From NCBI GenBank assembly GCA_964426025.1, contig CAYRQB010000001.1, positions 1,151 through 65,150 of the forward strand: a stretch of DNA of 64,000 nt. The letters run 5' to 3'. This DNA comes from an uncultured Heliomicrobium sp. (GTDB taxonomy: Bacteria > Acidobacteriota > Blastocatellia > RBC074). The notes below the pieces were generated by a model, which saw nothing but the letters and a program-made list of their open reading frames with translations, ran no database searches and was not told the DNA's origin. The translations under genes were made by a program, and so were the position numbers. Shown here in pieces: positions 39,223-49,474 of the stretch; the first letter of the stretch is position 1, and the number at the start of each line of letters is the position of its first letter.

Positions 39223-41121
39223 ATGTGCGGTATATGCGGCGTTTTGCGCCTGAACCCGGAAGCCGAACGCGTCGAACAAACGCTGATTGACAAAATGACA
39301 GATTCTTTGGCGCATCGCGGGCCGAATGATCGTGGGACGTGGTCGAATCATCGTATAAGTCTTGGAAGCCGTCGGCTGTCCGTGATTGACCTTTCAACCG
39401 CCGGCCATATGCCGATGGCGAATGAGGACGGAACCGTTTTCATCACATACAACGGCGAGTTGTACAATTTTCGCGAGTTGAAAGAACGCTTCAAGCTTGC
39501 CGAAAAATATAAATTCCGTTCGCGCACGGACACGGAAGTTCTGTTGCATCTGTACGAAGAACTTGGCGTCGAGATGGCCGAGCATTTGAACGGAATGTTC
39601 GCCATTGCCATTTGGGACAGCCGGACTGATACGCTTCACCTGATACGCGATCACATCGGAATCAAACCGCTGTTCTATCAGCGCGACGAAAACTACTTTC
39701 GCTTCGGATCGGAGATCAAAGCCATCATCGCCGATCCGCGCGTCCAGCGTCGCCCGTCGTTACAGGCGCTTTACGATTTTCTGACCTTCGATTACATCCC
39801 CGGCGAGCAAACGGCTTTCGATGGCATTTACGAAGTTCCGCCGGGTTATTGGCTGAGCGTTGATAAGGACGGGAATTCCAGACTGCAACGTTATTGGCAA
39901 ATCCCCTGGCAATTGGATGAATCGCTGGACGAACAAACGGCCAGCCGTCGCGCTTTCGAATTGATGGATCAGGCGGTCGAACGTCAGTTGGTTGCAGATG
40001 TTCCTGTCGGCGTTTTGTTGTCGGGCGGAATGGATTCCAGCACGCTCGTCGCTTTGATGTCTCGCCACACCTCTGAACCGATTCACACTTATTCCGTCGG
40101 CTTTGAAGATCAAAGCTTCAACGAACTGCCTTACGCCAGAATCGTCGCCAATCAGTTCAACACAGTACAACGCGAGGTGGTCGTTACTCCGCAGATTGTG
40201 CGCGATCTGTTGCCGAAATATCTGAGCTTCATTGACGAACCATACGGCGACGGTTCGGCCATTCCGACCTATTGCGTCTGCGAAATTGCCAAAGACGAAG
40301 TCGTCGTCGTGCTGTCTGGCGAAGGCGGAGACGAGGTTTTCGCCGGATACGACACGCACGCCGCCTACAAAGTCTCAAGTTGGTTCAAACGCGTGCCCCG
40401 CGTCATCAGACAGAAATTGATTGCGCCGATGGTCAACAGCTTGCCGGTTTCGGACAAAAAGCTGAGCCTGGAATTCAAGCTGAAGCGTTTTATCGGCGGG
40501 CAGGATTTGTCTCCGGCTGAAGCTCATATGTGGTGGCGCGTCGTGCTGACCGAAGCGCAGAAACGGGAATTGCTGGCGCCGCAGTTGTTCGCCGATTTCG
40601 ATCCGCAACCATCCGTTCGTCATTTCACTCAGGTTTTCAATCAATCGAAAGCCAATGAAACCTTGTCGCGGTTGATGGAAGTTGATTCGTCGGTTTTCCT
40701 GCCTGACGACCTGATGATCAAAAACGACAGGATGAGCATGGCGCATTCGCTGGAAGCTCGCGTGCCGATGACCGACACTGATCTGATGAACTTCATGTCC
40801 GGCGTGCCGACAAAATTGAAACTGCCGGGATTGCGGAAAAAGAACATCATGCGGCGCGCGATGGAAGGACATCTGCCTCCGGCCATTCTGAACAAGAAAA
40901 AGGTCGGCCTGGAAATGCCCTACTCCCGTTGGTTCAAAAATGAGTTGAAAGAAACTCTGCTCGATTACCTGTCGCCGGAACGCGTCAATGATCGCGGATT
41001 GTTTCAACCGGCGGCGGTCAAAAAACTGATTGATGAACATTTGACGGCCAAACACGATCACGGACGCGCTCTGTGGGGATTGTTGAATTACGCCGTCTGG
41101 ATGGAGCTTTACATCCCTTGA
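39223..41121 (+). CDS. asnB: Asparagine synthase (glutamine-hydrolysing) family amidotransferase
   Basis: MCGICGV gives the N-terminal Cys nucleophile. The PP-loop is LLSGGMDSS. The length is 632 aa. Confidence 0.9.
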   Translation: MCGICGVLRLNPEAERVEQTLIDKMTDSLAHRGPNDRGTWSNHRISLGSRRLSVIDLSTAGHMPMANEDGTVFITYNGELYNFRELKERFKLAEKYKFRSRTDTEVLLHLYEELGVEMAEHLNGMFAIAIWDSRTDTLHLIRDHIGIKPLFYQRDENYFRFGSEIKAIIADPRVQRRPSLQALYDFLTFDYIPGEQTAFDGIYEVPPGYWLSVDKDGNSRLQRYWQIPWQLDESLDEQTASRRAFELMDQAVERQLVADVPVGVLLSGGMDSSTLVALMSRHTSEPIHTYSVGFEDQSFNELPYARIVANQFNTVQREVVVTPQIVRDLLPKYLSFIDEPYGDGSAIPTYCVCEIAKDEVVVVLSGEGGDEVFAGYDTHAAYKVSSWFKRVPRVIRQKLIAPMVNSLPVSDKKLSLEFKLKRFIGGQDLSPAEAHMWWRVVLTEAQKRELLAPQLFADFDPQPSVRHFTQVFNQSKANETLSRLMEVDSSVFLPDDLMIKNDRMSMAHSLEARVPMTDTDLMNFMSGVPTKLKLPGLRKKNIMRRAMEGHLPPAILNKKKVGLEMPYSRWFKNELKETLLDYLSPERVNDRGLFQPAAVKKLIDEHLTAKHDHGRALWGLLNYAVWMELYIP

Positions 41122-41219
41122 ATAAACGACGCTGGCAAGCTCGACTGAAATTGCTACACACAATTGACGAATAACCAAAGATCACAATTATGGCCGACAC
41201 TGAAAAAAGGAGAAGTCAT

Positions 41220-43406
41220 ATGTCGAAGTTAGGGTTACTCATAATTGGGTTGGCGATTCTGGTTGCAGTATTTCCAAAGTCGGAGCCTTCTTTGGAACCT
41301 GCCCCCTTGCAACAGGCTCAAATCACGATTGATCCGAACACCAGTTACCAGACGATTGTTGGTTGGGAAGCAGTGGCTCAGGCCGGACAGGTGCTGGAAA
41401 CAAATTCCGTCACCAACAGATCAAACATCAACCCTGCATTCGTCAATTACAAAAATCAGTTGTTCGATCTGGCGGTCAACGATTTGGGGCTGAACAGGTT
41501 TCGTCTGGAAATCAGAGCCGGTTTGGAAAATCCCGTTGATTATTACACCAGGTACATCAACGGCCAGATTTCTTTCGACAATTTCAAAAACCGATGGTAC
41601 GAGATCATCAACGATAATAACGATCCGCAAACGATAAATCCGAGCGGTTTTCAATTCGCCGAACTGGATTTCAACATCGAGAACGTAATCATACCGATTC
41701 GCCAACGGCTGGCGGCCAGAAGCGAAAAGCTTTACCTGAATCTGAACTACGTTGATTTCACCGCCTCGGCCTTCGAGCATAAAAACTTTCCGGAAGAATA
41801 TGCAGAGTTTATGTTGGCCGCTTTCATTCATATGCGCGACAAATTTGGTTTCACGCCGGACGCGGTGGAAATCATTCTGGAACCCGACACCGGAGCCAAC
41901 TGGAACGCGACGCAAATTGGAAACTGTTTGGCCGCCGCCGGAAATCGTTTGCGAGCGAACGGATTCAATCCGGATTTCGTCGCTCCGTCCTGCACCAACA
42001 TGTTCAATTCGTTGGCATACTTCGATCAATTGATACAGGTTCCCGGCGTCACTCAATTCATTTCAGAAGTTTCCTACCATCGTTACGCGGGAGCGACCGA
42101 CGATGCGTTGCGAGGATTTGCCAGTCGCGGCGCTCAATACAAGATTGACACTTCTCATCTGGAATTGATCGGAGCGACACAAAACGATCTTCATTCTGAT
42201 TTGACGCTGGCGAACAATTCTTCGTGGCAACAATTTGCGCTGGCGTTTCCGTTGGGAGGCAGCGACGACGGCAGCGCTTATTACGATGTCAACGACAGCA
42301 ACCCGGCCAATCCGACGCTGACGATGGGAAGCCGCGCGAAGATACTCAGGCAATATTTCCGATTCATCCGGGCTGGCGCTTTGCGAATCAAAGCCACAAC
42401 CACTTCCGATGTGTTCGACCCGGCGGTTTTCGTCAACACCGATGGCAAGTTCGTTGTCGTAGTGAAAGCTATTGCCGGTGGAAACATCACGCTGCAAGGG
42501 TTGCCAGCCGGAACTTATGGAATCAAATACACCACGCCCAGCCAATACGACGTTGACGCAACGGACGCGACAATCAGCGCCGGGCAATCGTTGAATGCTT
42601 CCATCCCGCGCGACGGCGTGATTACGATTTACGGCAAAACTTTGCCGAGCGTGGTGTCGGTTGATGCCGCCAGTTATGTTCGCGCCAGTTCGCCCGGACA
42701 GATCGAAGCCGCTTTCGGCTCAGGTTTTCCAGCGCAAACAAACGTCGCTGTGTCGGCCAGTTCAACTCCGCTGCCAACCAAATTGTCGAATGTCTCATTG
42801 AAAGTGAACGGCGTTCTCGCTCCGTTGTTTTTTGTCGGCGTCGGAGGCGGTCAAGGCGCAGGAGCTTTTCAAATCAATTATCAGGTTCCGTATCAAACCA
42901 AACCCGGTTTGGCGAGAATTGAAGCGCTGAATAACGATGTGCCGGTTTCAACCGGATACCTGATCGTCGGCGAAGTGGCTCCCGGGGTTTTCACAATTTC
43001 GGCGACGGGCAAAGGGCAGGCTGTGGCAATCAATCAGGATTTTTCGCTCAATGGCGATTCGGCGCAAAACCCGCGCGCGAAGCCGGAAGAGCGCGGGCGT
43101 GTCATAACCTTCTTCGCCAACGGTCCCGGCGGACAATTTACAAATCCGGCCAACGGCCAGTCTCTAACTCCGGTTTCCGGCGAACCCACGCCCGCCAATC
43201 CGTTCTATGCGACTCAAACCGCTCCGATCGTCACCGTCGGCGGCGTGCCTGCGACAGTTACTTTCAGCGGATTGACGCCTGGCTTTGTCGGATTGTGGCA
43301 ATTGAACGTGGTCATTCCGCCAACCGCGCCGGTCGGCAATGCGGTTCCAGTCGTCATCAAATTGAATCGGCGAACGACCAATCTGACCAACATCGCAGTG
43401 ATTTGA
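41220..43406 (+). CDS. Secreted clan GH-A-like glycoside hydrolase with two C-terminal TIGR03437-type soil-associated domains
   Basis: The ATG at 41220 has an AAGGAG 6 nt upstream and encodes a signal peptide. ILEPDTG is a GH-A NEP-like acid/base motif. The C-terminal repeats are IEAAFGSGF...VNGVLAPLFFV...QINYQVPY and TVGGVPATVTFSGLTPGFVGLWQLNVVIP. Confidence 0.65.
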   Translation: MSKLGLLIIGLAILVAVFPKSEPSLEPAPLQQAQITIDPNTSYQTIVGWEAVAQAGQVLETNSVTNRSNINPAFVNYKNQLFDLAVNDLGLNRFRLEIRAGLENPVDYYTRYINGQISFDNFKNRWYEIINDNNDPQTINPSGFQFAELDFNIENVIIPIRQRLAARSEKLYLNLNYVDFTASAFEHKNFPEEYAEFMLAAFIHMRDKFGFTPDAVEIILEPDTGANWNATQIGNCLAAAGNRLRANGFNPDFVAPSCTNMFNSLAYFDQLIQVPGVTQFISEVSYHRYAGATDDALRGFASRGAQYKIDTSHLELIGATQNDLHSDLTLANNSSWQQFALAFPLGGSDDGSAYYDVNDSNPANPTLTMGSRAKILRQYFRFIRAGALRIKATTTSDVFDPAVFVNTDGKFVVVVKAIAGGNITLQGLPAGTYGIKYTTPSQYDVDATDATISAGQSLNASIPRDGVITIYGKTLPSVVSVDAASYVRASSPGQIEAAFGSGFPAQTNVAVSASSTPLPTKLSNVSLKVNGVLAPLFFVGVGGGQGAGAFQINYQVPYQTKPGLARIEALNNDVPVSTGYLIVGEVAPGVFTISATGKGQAVAINQDFSLNGDSAQNPRAKPEERGRVITFFANGPGGQFTNPANGQSLTPVSGEPTPANPFYATQTAPIVTVGGVPATVTFSGLTPGFVGLWQLNVVIPPTAPVGNAVPVVIKLNRRTTNLTNIAVI

Positions 43407-44419
43407 TGGAAACAGGAACGCGGGCATCCCTGCCCGCAAAAATCGAAGCGCGAAGCATCCTGGTTTTCGGCTCATCAGGTTTCATAGGCCGCTGGGTTTC
43501 CCGGCGGCTTTGCGGTCAGGGCACAAAGCCTTTTCTGGTCGTGCGCGATGAGAAAGCGGCAGAGCGAGTTTTCGCCGATTACGAAATCGAGGGCGAGGTT
43601 ATCCGGGCGGATTTGCGTCGGCTGGATTCCGTTGCCGAGATCATAGGTAAGATCAAACCTGACGTGGTTTTCAATCTGGCCGGTTACGGCGTTGATCGTT
43701 CAGAACGCGACGAAGCGATGGCTTATCGAATCAACGCCGAATTGGTTGAAACAATCTGCAAAGCGATGGCGGCGAATCGAAATTCAAACTGGCCGGGTCA
43801 ACAAATTGTTCACGTAGGTTCTGCGTTGGAGTACGGCGAAATCGGCGGCAATCTGGCTGAAGATTCGTCGGTCAATCCGACCACGCTTTACGGCAAATCA
43901 AAACTGATGGGGACGAACTTGTTGACCAGATGTTGCCGTGAATTCGGCATCAGTGGAATCACGGCTCGTTTGTTTACTGTCTATGGCGCTGGCGAACACG
44001 ACGGACGATTGTTGCCTTCGTTGCTGAAAGCCGCAACCGACGGCCAGCCGTTGCAATTGACGGCGGGCGAACAAAAACGGGACTTCACCTATGTCGAAGA
44101 CGTCGCCGAAGGTTTGCTTCGTTTGGCTGCATGTAAATCGCAGGCCGGAGAGATCGTCAATCTGGCGACCGGACGATTGACTGCGGTTCGCGGCTTCATC
44201 GAGACGGCGGCTTCGATTCTGAACATCCCCGAAAACAAATTGCAGTTCGGCGCGATTCCAACCCGCGCCGAAGAAATGCAGCACGACCCGGTGACGGTTG
44301 ATCGTTTGCGGGGGCTGATTGATTGGACGCCGCCGACTGACATCGCCGAAGGAATTCAACAAACAGTAAAGCAGGCGAGACGCCTGATTTACCAGGAGGC
44401 AGTATGCGCATCTTCTTAG
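43406..44419 (+). CDS. NAD(P)-dependent epimerase/reductase (SDR, NDP-sugar modifying)
   Basis: The ATG overlaps the upstream TGA (TGATG). Motifs are ILVFGSSGFIGRWV and YGKSK (the YxxxK). Confidence 0.8.
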   Translation: METGTRASLPAKIEARSILVFGSSGFIGRWVSRRLCGQGTKPFLVVRDEKAAERVFADYEIEGEVIRADLRRLDSVAEIIGKIKPDVVFNLAGYGVDRSERDEAMAYRINAELVETICKAMAANRNSNWPGQQIVHVGSALEYGEIGGNLAEDSSVNPTTLYGKSKLMGTNLLTRCCREFGISGITARLFTVYGAGEHDGRLLPSLLKAATDGQPLQLTAGEQKRDFTYVEDVAEGLLRLAACKSQAGEIVNLATGRLTAVRGFIETAASILNIPENKLQFGAIPTRAEEMQHDPVTVDRLRGLIDWTPPTDIAEGIQQTVKQARRLIYQEAVCASS

Positions 44420-46449
44420 CCGATCTTGGCCATAATCAACTGACTTACAGTTCGGATGTTTATCCGCTGGGTGTAGCCAATCTGGCGACTTACGTTCGCG
44501 AATACCTCGATCCGCGCTATCCGTTGGAGATCAAAATTTTCCGCGAGCCTGAAGACTTGAAAGCTGCGCTGGACGACGGTTCGCCGGATGTGTTGGCGCT
44601 CAGCAGTTATTCGTGGAATCACAACCTGGCGCTGCACTTTGCCGATTACGCGAAAGCTGGCAATTCACAAGTCTTGACGCTGATGGGCGGGCCGAACTTT
44701 CCGCTGACGGCTGCCGAACAGGAAAGCTTTTTGCGCGGAATGTCGCAGATAGACATTGCTGTTCGCGGCCCGACTTACGAAGGCGAGCGCGCATTTCTGA
44801 ACATCATTCGCCGCCTTGCCGAAGTCGGTTGTCAGCGCGAAGGTGTGTTTGAAGAATCGGTTCCGGGCAATATGTGGATTCATCCGCGCACTGGCGAATT
44901 CGTCGTTGGCGGAGAGGTCGAACGCATTCGCGATCTGGATGAAATTCCTTCGCCTTATCTGTCGGGATTGATGGACGATTATTTCAAGACAGGATATTTC
45001 CCGATGATGCAGATTGCGCGCGGCTGTCCGTTCAGTTGCACCTATTGCAATTCCAGCGTTGACGCCAACAGCAAGATTTACGCGCATTCGGTTGAAAACG
45101 TGAAGGCCGATTTGTTGTACATCGCCGAACGCATCCGGCCAGAGGTCACGTTATGCTTTGCCGACGACAACTTTGGAATGTATCAGCGCGACGAAGAAGT
45201 CGCCGATTACATCAGCTACTTGCAGGAGCATTACAACTGGCCGCAGTACTTGCGCACTACGACCGGCAAAAATCGCGGCGAGCGAATCATCAAAGTCATG
45301 CGAAAGGTCAAAGGCCGTTTGCCGATGACCGCGGCGGTACAATCGCTGAATCCCACGGTTCTGAAAAACATCAAACGGGCGAACATCAGTCTGGATACAT
45401 TCGCGGACATTCAGAAAGAAGTCATCGCACAGGGAATGCAATCTTACGGCGAACTGATTCTGAGCATGCCGGGCGAAACCAAAGCTTCGTTTATGAACGC
45501 CGTTCGCGATTTGCTGGAAGCCGGAGTCAAACGAATCTCCGCGCATCAATTGATGCTGTTGCACGGCGCTCCGCTCAGCAATCCCGAAAGCCGCGAACTG
45601 TTCCAATTCAAAACCCGGTTTCGCGTCGTCGCTCGCAACATCGGCGATTACACCGGAACGCCGGTCATCGAAACCGAAGAGATGGTGGTCGAAACGCCTG
45701 ACTTCAGTTTCGAGGAATATCTGGAAGCGCGAGTCTTTCATCTGCTGCTGACGATCTTTTATTACGAAGGCAATTTTGAAGAGCCGTTCGAATACGCGCA
45801 TCAGGAAGGCATCAAGGCTTTCGACGTGATGGTGCGAATGCAGCAAATGCTTGACGAAGCGCCGCCCGCATTCCGGGCGATGATTGACGATTTCCTGCAA
45901 GAAAGTCAGGAAGAGCTTTTCCAGACCAGAGAAGCCTGCGTCGAATGGGCGAAGCAGAATTTCGTCGCGCTGGTTGACGGCAGTTTGGGCGGCAATTTGC
46001 TGAGCAAGTATTCGATGATCGGACGGTTTTATCTGACTCAGGAAGCGATTGAGTTTCTGGAAACGACGATTTCCGCAATGCTTGATGAAGCCGAGCTTCG
46101 ATCGGAACCGGCGGCGCTTCACGCGACGACGGATTATCTTCGCTGCATTTTGCTTCACGTTCCGTTCGCTGAAAACCTGTCGGCCAATCCTGAATGGACG
46201 ACTTCTTACGATGTCGAAGCCTGGCATCGAGACGGTTACGCGAACCATCTGGAAAAATACGATCTGGGTCGTCCGATGACATTCGCCACGAAAGTCGAGG
46301 CCGACAAACGAGCCTTGATCGAAAGCCGTGTCGCCACTTTTGGCGAACATCCATCCGGACTGGGAAAATTCACTAGAACCATGTTTGCGCAGGATTTGCG
46401 CCGCACCACTGTTCGCGGTGAAAGCGCAACGGCAGGAACCGGAGATTGA
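44404..46449 (+). CDS. B12-binding-domain radical SAM protein (class B radical SAM, methyltransferase-like)
   Basis: A GGAGG RBS precedes it. The N-terminal ~150 aa are B12-binding-like. ARGCPFSCTYC is a Cx3Cx2C motif. The length is 681 aa. Confidence 0.8.
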   Translation: MRIFLADLGHNQLTYSSDVYPLGVANLATYVREYLDPRYPLEIKIFREPEDLKAALDDGSPDVLALSSYSWNHNLALHFADYAKAGNSQVLTLMGGPNFPLTAAEQESFLRGMSQIDIAVRGPTYEGERAFLNIIRRLAEVGCQREGVFEESVPGNMWIHPRTGEFVVGGEVERIRDLDEIPSPYLSGLMDDYFKTGYFPMMQIARGCPFSCTYCNSSVDANSKIYAHSVENVKADLLYIAERIRPEVTLCFADDNFGMYQRDEEVADYISYLQEHYNWPQYLRTTTGKNRGERIIKVMRKVKGRLPMTAAVQSLNPTVLKNIKRANISLDTFADIQKEVIAQGMQSYGELILSMPGETKASFMNAVRDLLEAGVKRISAHQLMLLHGAPLSNPESRELFQFKTRFRVVARNIGDYTGTPVIETEEMVVETPDFSFEEYLEARVFHLLLTIFYYEGNFEEPFEYAHQEGIKAFDVMVRMQQMLDEAPPAFRAMIDDFLQESQEELFQTREACVEWAKQNFVALVDGSLGGNLLSKYSMIGRFYLTQEAIEFLETTISAMLDEAELRSEPAALHATTDYLRCILLHVPFAENLSANPEWTTSYDVEAWHRDGYANHLEKYDLGRPMTFATKVEADKRALIESRVATFGEHPSGLGKFTRTMFAQDLRRTTVRGESATAGTGD

Positions 46450-46452
46450 TTT

Positions 46453-47235
46453 ATGGAAACAATTACTCGAATTTCAGACCCTGAACTTTCCTTCGTCATG
46501 CCTTGTTACAACGAAGAGGAGATCATCGGTTACACCATTCCGCGTTTTACCGCTGCATTCAAAAAAGCGGGTATCAAGTTGGAATTGATCGCGGTTGACA
46601 ACGGTTCGCGCGACCGCACTAGCGAAATGATTCGCGAAATGGCGGCGGGCGATCCGACGATTGTTTATCACCGCGTCGAAATCAACGAAGGTTACGGCAA
46701 CGGCGTGCTGTGCGGATTGAAGGTTTGCCGCGCGCCGTGGGTCGGCATCATTCCATGTGACGGACAGGTTGACGCCGAAGACGTGGTTGCCTTGTTCGAC
46801 GCAATCAAAACCACGAACGGAAATGTGCTTGGCAAAGTGCGGCGGCGATTCCGCATGGACGGGCTGTGGCGCAAAGTCGTTTCGGTCAGTTACAACCTGA
46901 TGGTGCGCGCGCTGTGGCCGCGATTGGGTTCGATTGACGTCAACGGCAGTCCGAAGATTTTGCCGCGCGAAGCGATTGAAGCGATGGAACTGAAATCGAA
47001 GAACTGGTTTCTGGACCCCGAGATCGTCATCAAGGCTCATTACATGGGATTGCGCGTTCTGGAATTCAACGTCTTCGCGCGAATGCGCGGCAACGGACTT
47101 TCTCACGTGCGAGTGACGACCTGCTGGGAATTTCTGCGAAACCTTCTGATCTTCCGCTTCTCGCCCGAAATGCCCAAGTGGCGACAATCGTTAAGTTCCG
47201 AACTCAAGTCTGAAAAGACGCGAGTCGCCGCCTGA
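46453..47235 (+). CDS. Glycosyltransferase family 2 (soluble, DPM1-like)
   Basis: Motifs are SFVMPCYNEEE, LIAVDNGSRDRT and GIIPCDGQVD. Confidence 0.8.
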   Translation: METITRISDPELSFVMPCYNEEEIIGYTIPRFTAAFKKAGIKLELIAVDNGSRDRTSEMIREMAAGDPTIVYHRVEINEGYGNGVLCGLKVCRAPWVGIIPCDGQVDAEDVVALFDAIKTTNGNVLGKVRRRFRMDGLWRKVVSVSYNLMVRALWPRLGSIDVNGSPKILPREAIEAMELKSKNWFLDPEIVIKAHYMGLRVLEFNVFARMRGNGLSHVRVTTCWEFLRNLLIFRFSPEMPKWRQSLSSELKSEKTRVAA

Positions 47236-47263
47236 ACGCTATGGAGTTCAAGAAAATTTACTT

Positions 47264-47403
47264 CCCGCGAATCACGCAGATGAACGCGGATATTTAGCGG
47301 AGGCTTTTGATCAGCAGCCCACGTCCTAAACGTTTAGCGAATGAACGGCACTCAAACTGATAAAAGCCTCCTCCTCATTCGCGTTATCTGCGTGATTCGC
47401 GGG
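47264..47403. repeat. Imperfect palindrome of about 140 bp between the GT2 and C-methyltransferase genes
   Basis: The outer arms are CCCGCGAATCACGCAGATGAACGCG and CGCGTTATCTGCGTGATTCGCGGG. The inner arms pair GAGGCTTTTGATCAG with CTGATAAAAGCCTCC. AAACGTTT sits at the centre. Confidence 0.5.
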
Positions 47404-47430
47404 CAGAGTTTTCTTAACAGCTAAATCCTG

Positions 47431-48702
47431 ATGCTTATGGTGAATCCGAAAATGTCAACACGACCTGTTTATCATCGAAGAGAAACCTGCAGAGCCTGCG
47501 GCGAAAAAAGTCTCAGGCTCTTTTTGCCATTGGGTTCGCAACCGCTGGCTAATTCGTTTTTGAAATCGCCGGACGAATTTGCGAACGAACTTTTTTTCCC
47601 GCTGGACACGCATTTCTGTGAAAGCTGTTCGCTGGTTCAAATTCCCGACGTGGTTGACCCCGAAGTTTTGTTTCGTCATTACCTGTATGTGACCGGAACT
47701 TCCGAAACCATCGCCCGGCACAATCGCGATTACGCCAGAGCGGTGACCGAAATGCAGCATCTGGCCGCCGACGATCTGGTGATTGAAGTCGCCAGCAATG
47801 ACGGCAGTCTGTTGAGATGTTTTCAGGAATTGGGAGTGAAAACTTTGGGCGTTGATCCGGCGACGAACGTGGCGGCGATTGCACGCGCAAACGGAGTTGA
47901 AACGATCAATGAGTTTTTCAGTCACGACAGCGCACGAAAGATTCGCGGCGATTACGGCGCGGCCAAAGCCGTCATCGGCAACAACGTTCTGGCTCACGTT
48001 GACGACACACAGGATTTTTTGCGCGGTTGCAAAACTGTCATTGGCCCGGACGGGTTGGTCATCATCGAAATGCCTTATCTGGGCGATCTGCTCAATCGCA
48101 CGGAATACGACACGATTTACCACGAACATCTTTGTTACTTTTCGGTCAATTCGCTGATGCGGTTGTGCGAATCCGCAGGTTTGCGAATTGTGCGGATGGA
48201 TCACGTGCCGATTCACGGCGGCTCGCTCAGAATGCATGCCGGTCACGCCGAAGTTCATCAAGACCATTCGGCGCAAGTGATGGCTTGGGCTGAAGAAGAA
48301 AAGAGCAAAGGCTTCACCAGCTTTGAGCGATATGAACAATTGGCCAGAAGCGTCGAACGCAGTCGCGAAACGCTGCTCGATTTGTTGAACCGTTTGAAGT
48401 CCGAAGGTAAAACCGTCGCCGGTTACGGAGCGGCGGCAAAAGGCAATACGCTGTTGAATTATTGCCGGATCACGACCGATTTGATGCCTTACGTGGTGGA
48501 CAAAAACCCATTGAAATTGGGATTGTTCACGCCGGGCATGCACATTCCGGTTTTGCCGGTTTCGACCTTGCTGGAACAACAGCCGGATTACCTGCTGATT
48601 CTGGCGTGGAACTTTGCCGAAGAAATCATGCGTCAACAAAGCGAATACAAAGCTCGCGGCGGCAAGTTCATCATCCCGATTCCTGAAGCGACGGTGGTTT
48701 GA
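47431..48702 (+). CDS. NDP-hexose C-methyltransferase (TylCIII/NovU-like; N-terminal zinc-ribbon plus SAM-MTase plus C-MT C-terminal domain)
   Basis: ETCRACGEKSLRLFLPLGSQPLANSF is the putative Zn-binding methyltransferase domain. VIEVASNDGSLLR is the SAM-binding motif. The start could instead be 47437 or 47452. Confidence 0.75.
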   Translation: MLMVNPKMSTRPVYHRRETCRACGEKSLRLFLPLGSQPLANSFLKSPDEFANELFFPLDTHFCESCSLVQIPDVVDPEVLFRHYLYVTGTSETIARHNRDYARAVTEMQHLAADDLVIEVASNDGSLLRCFQELGVKTLGVDPATNVAAIARANGVETINEFFSHDSARKIRGDYGAAKAVIGNNVLAHVDDTQDFLRGCKTVIGPDGLVIIEMPYLGDLLNRTEYDTIYHEHLCYFSVNSLMRLCESAGLRIVRMDHVPIHGGSLRMHAGHAEVHQDHSAQVMAWAEEEKSKGFTSFERYEQLARSVERSRETLLDLLNRLKSEGKTVAGYGAAAKGNTLLNYCRITTDLMPYVVDKNPLKLGLFTPGMHIPVLPVSTLLEQQPDYLLILAWNFAEEIMRQQSEYKARGGKFIIPIPEATVV

Positions 48703-48703
48703 A

Positions 48704-49474
48704 ATGCAAGTTGTAATTTTGGCAGGCGGGCGCGGAACGCGTCTGGCCGAAGAAACCTCGATTCGTCCGAAGCCGATGGTGGAAATCGGCGGCAAGCCCA
48801 TGCTGTGGCACATCATGAACATCTACGCTCACCACGGCTTTAAGGATTTTCTGGTGGCCTGCGGTTACAAAGGTGAAATGATCAAGGAGTATTTCCACAA
48901 CTTCTTCATTCATCATAGCGATTACGTCATTAACCTCAGCGACCGTTCGATGGAAATCATCAACACCAACCGGCTGGATTGGCGCATCGGAGCCATTGAT
49001 ACCGGTTTGGATGCGATGACCGGCGGGCGTGTTTTGGCCTTGAAGCGTTTGATCGGCGAGAAAACTTTTTCGGTGACTTACGGCGACAGTTTGGGCAATG
49101 TTGATGTTCGGGCGCTGGTCGAATTCCATCGTTCGCACAAAAAGCTGGCGACGGTAACGGCGGTCAGGCCTCCGGCGCGATTCGGCGAATTGGTGCTTGA
49201 TGGAGATCGGGTCTGCGAGTTCCGCGAAAAACCCCAAACCGGCGAAGGTTGGATCAACGGCGGTTTTTTCGTTTTCGAACCCGGCGTTTTCGATTATCTG
49301 GCCGACGATCAAACCGTGCTGGAACGCGAACCGTTGGAACGGCTGGCAGCCGATGGGCAATTGATGGTTTTCAGGCACGAAGGATTTTGGCAGCCGATGG
49401 ACACGCTGAGAGAAAAACATTTACTTGAATCTTTGTGGAACGAGGGGAGAGCGCCTTGGAAAGTGTGGGAATGA
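48704..49474 (+). CDS. rfbF: Glucose-1-phosphate cytidylyltransferase
   Basis: [38 protein letters not shown]. The length is 256 aa. The ATG lies 1 nt after the upstream TGA. Confidence 0.9.
   Translation: MQVVILAGGRGTRLAEETSIRPKPMVEIGGKPMLWHIMNIYAHHGFKDFLVACGYKGEMIKEYFHNFFIHHSDYVINLSDRSMEIINTNRLDWRIGAIDTGLDAMTGGRVLALKRLIGEKTFSVTYGDSLGNVDVRALVEFHRSHKKLATVTAVRPPARFGELVLDGDRVCEFREKPQTGEGWINGGFFVFEPGVFDYLADDQTVLEREPLERLAADGQLMVFRHEGFWQPMDTLREKHLLESLWNEGRAPWKVWE

Noticed and set aside
45151-46350. 399-aa minus-strand ORF inside the B12-radical SAM gene, and similar ones at 47455..48822 and 39760..40359
   Set aside because: They are antisense to genes with clear catalytic motifs (CPFSCTYC, the C-MT zinc ribbon, the AsnB PP-loop) and have no motifs of their own.
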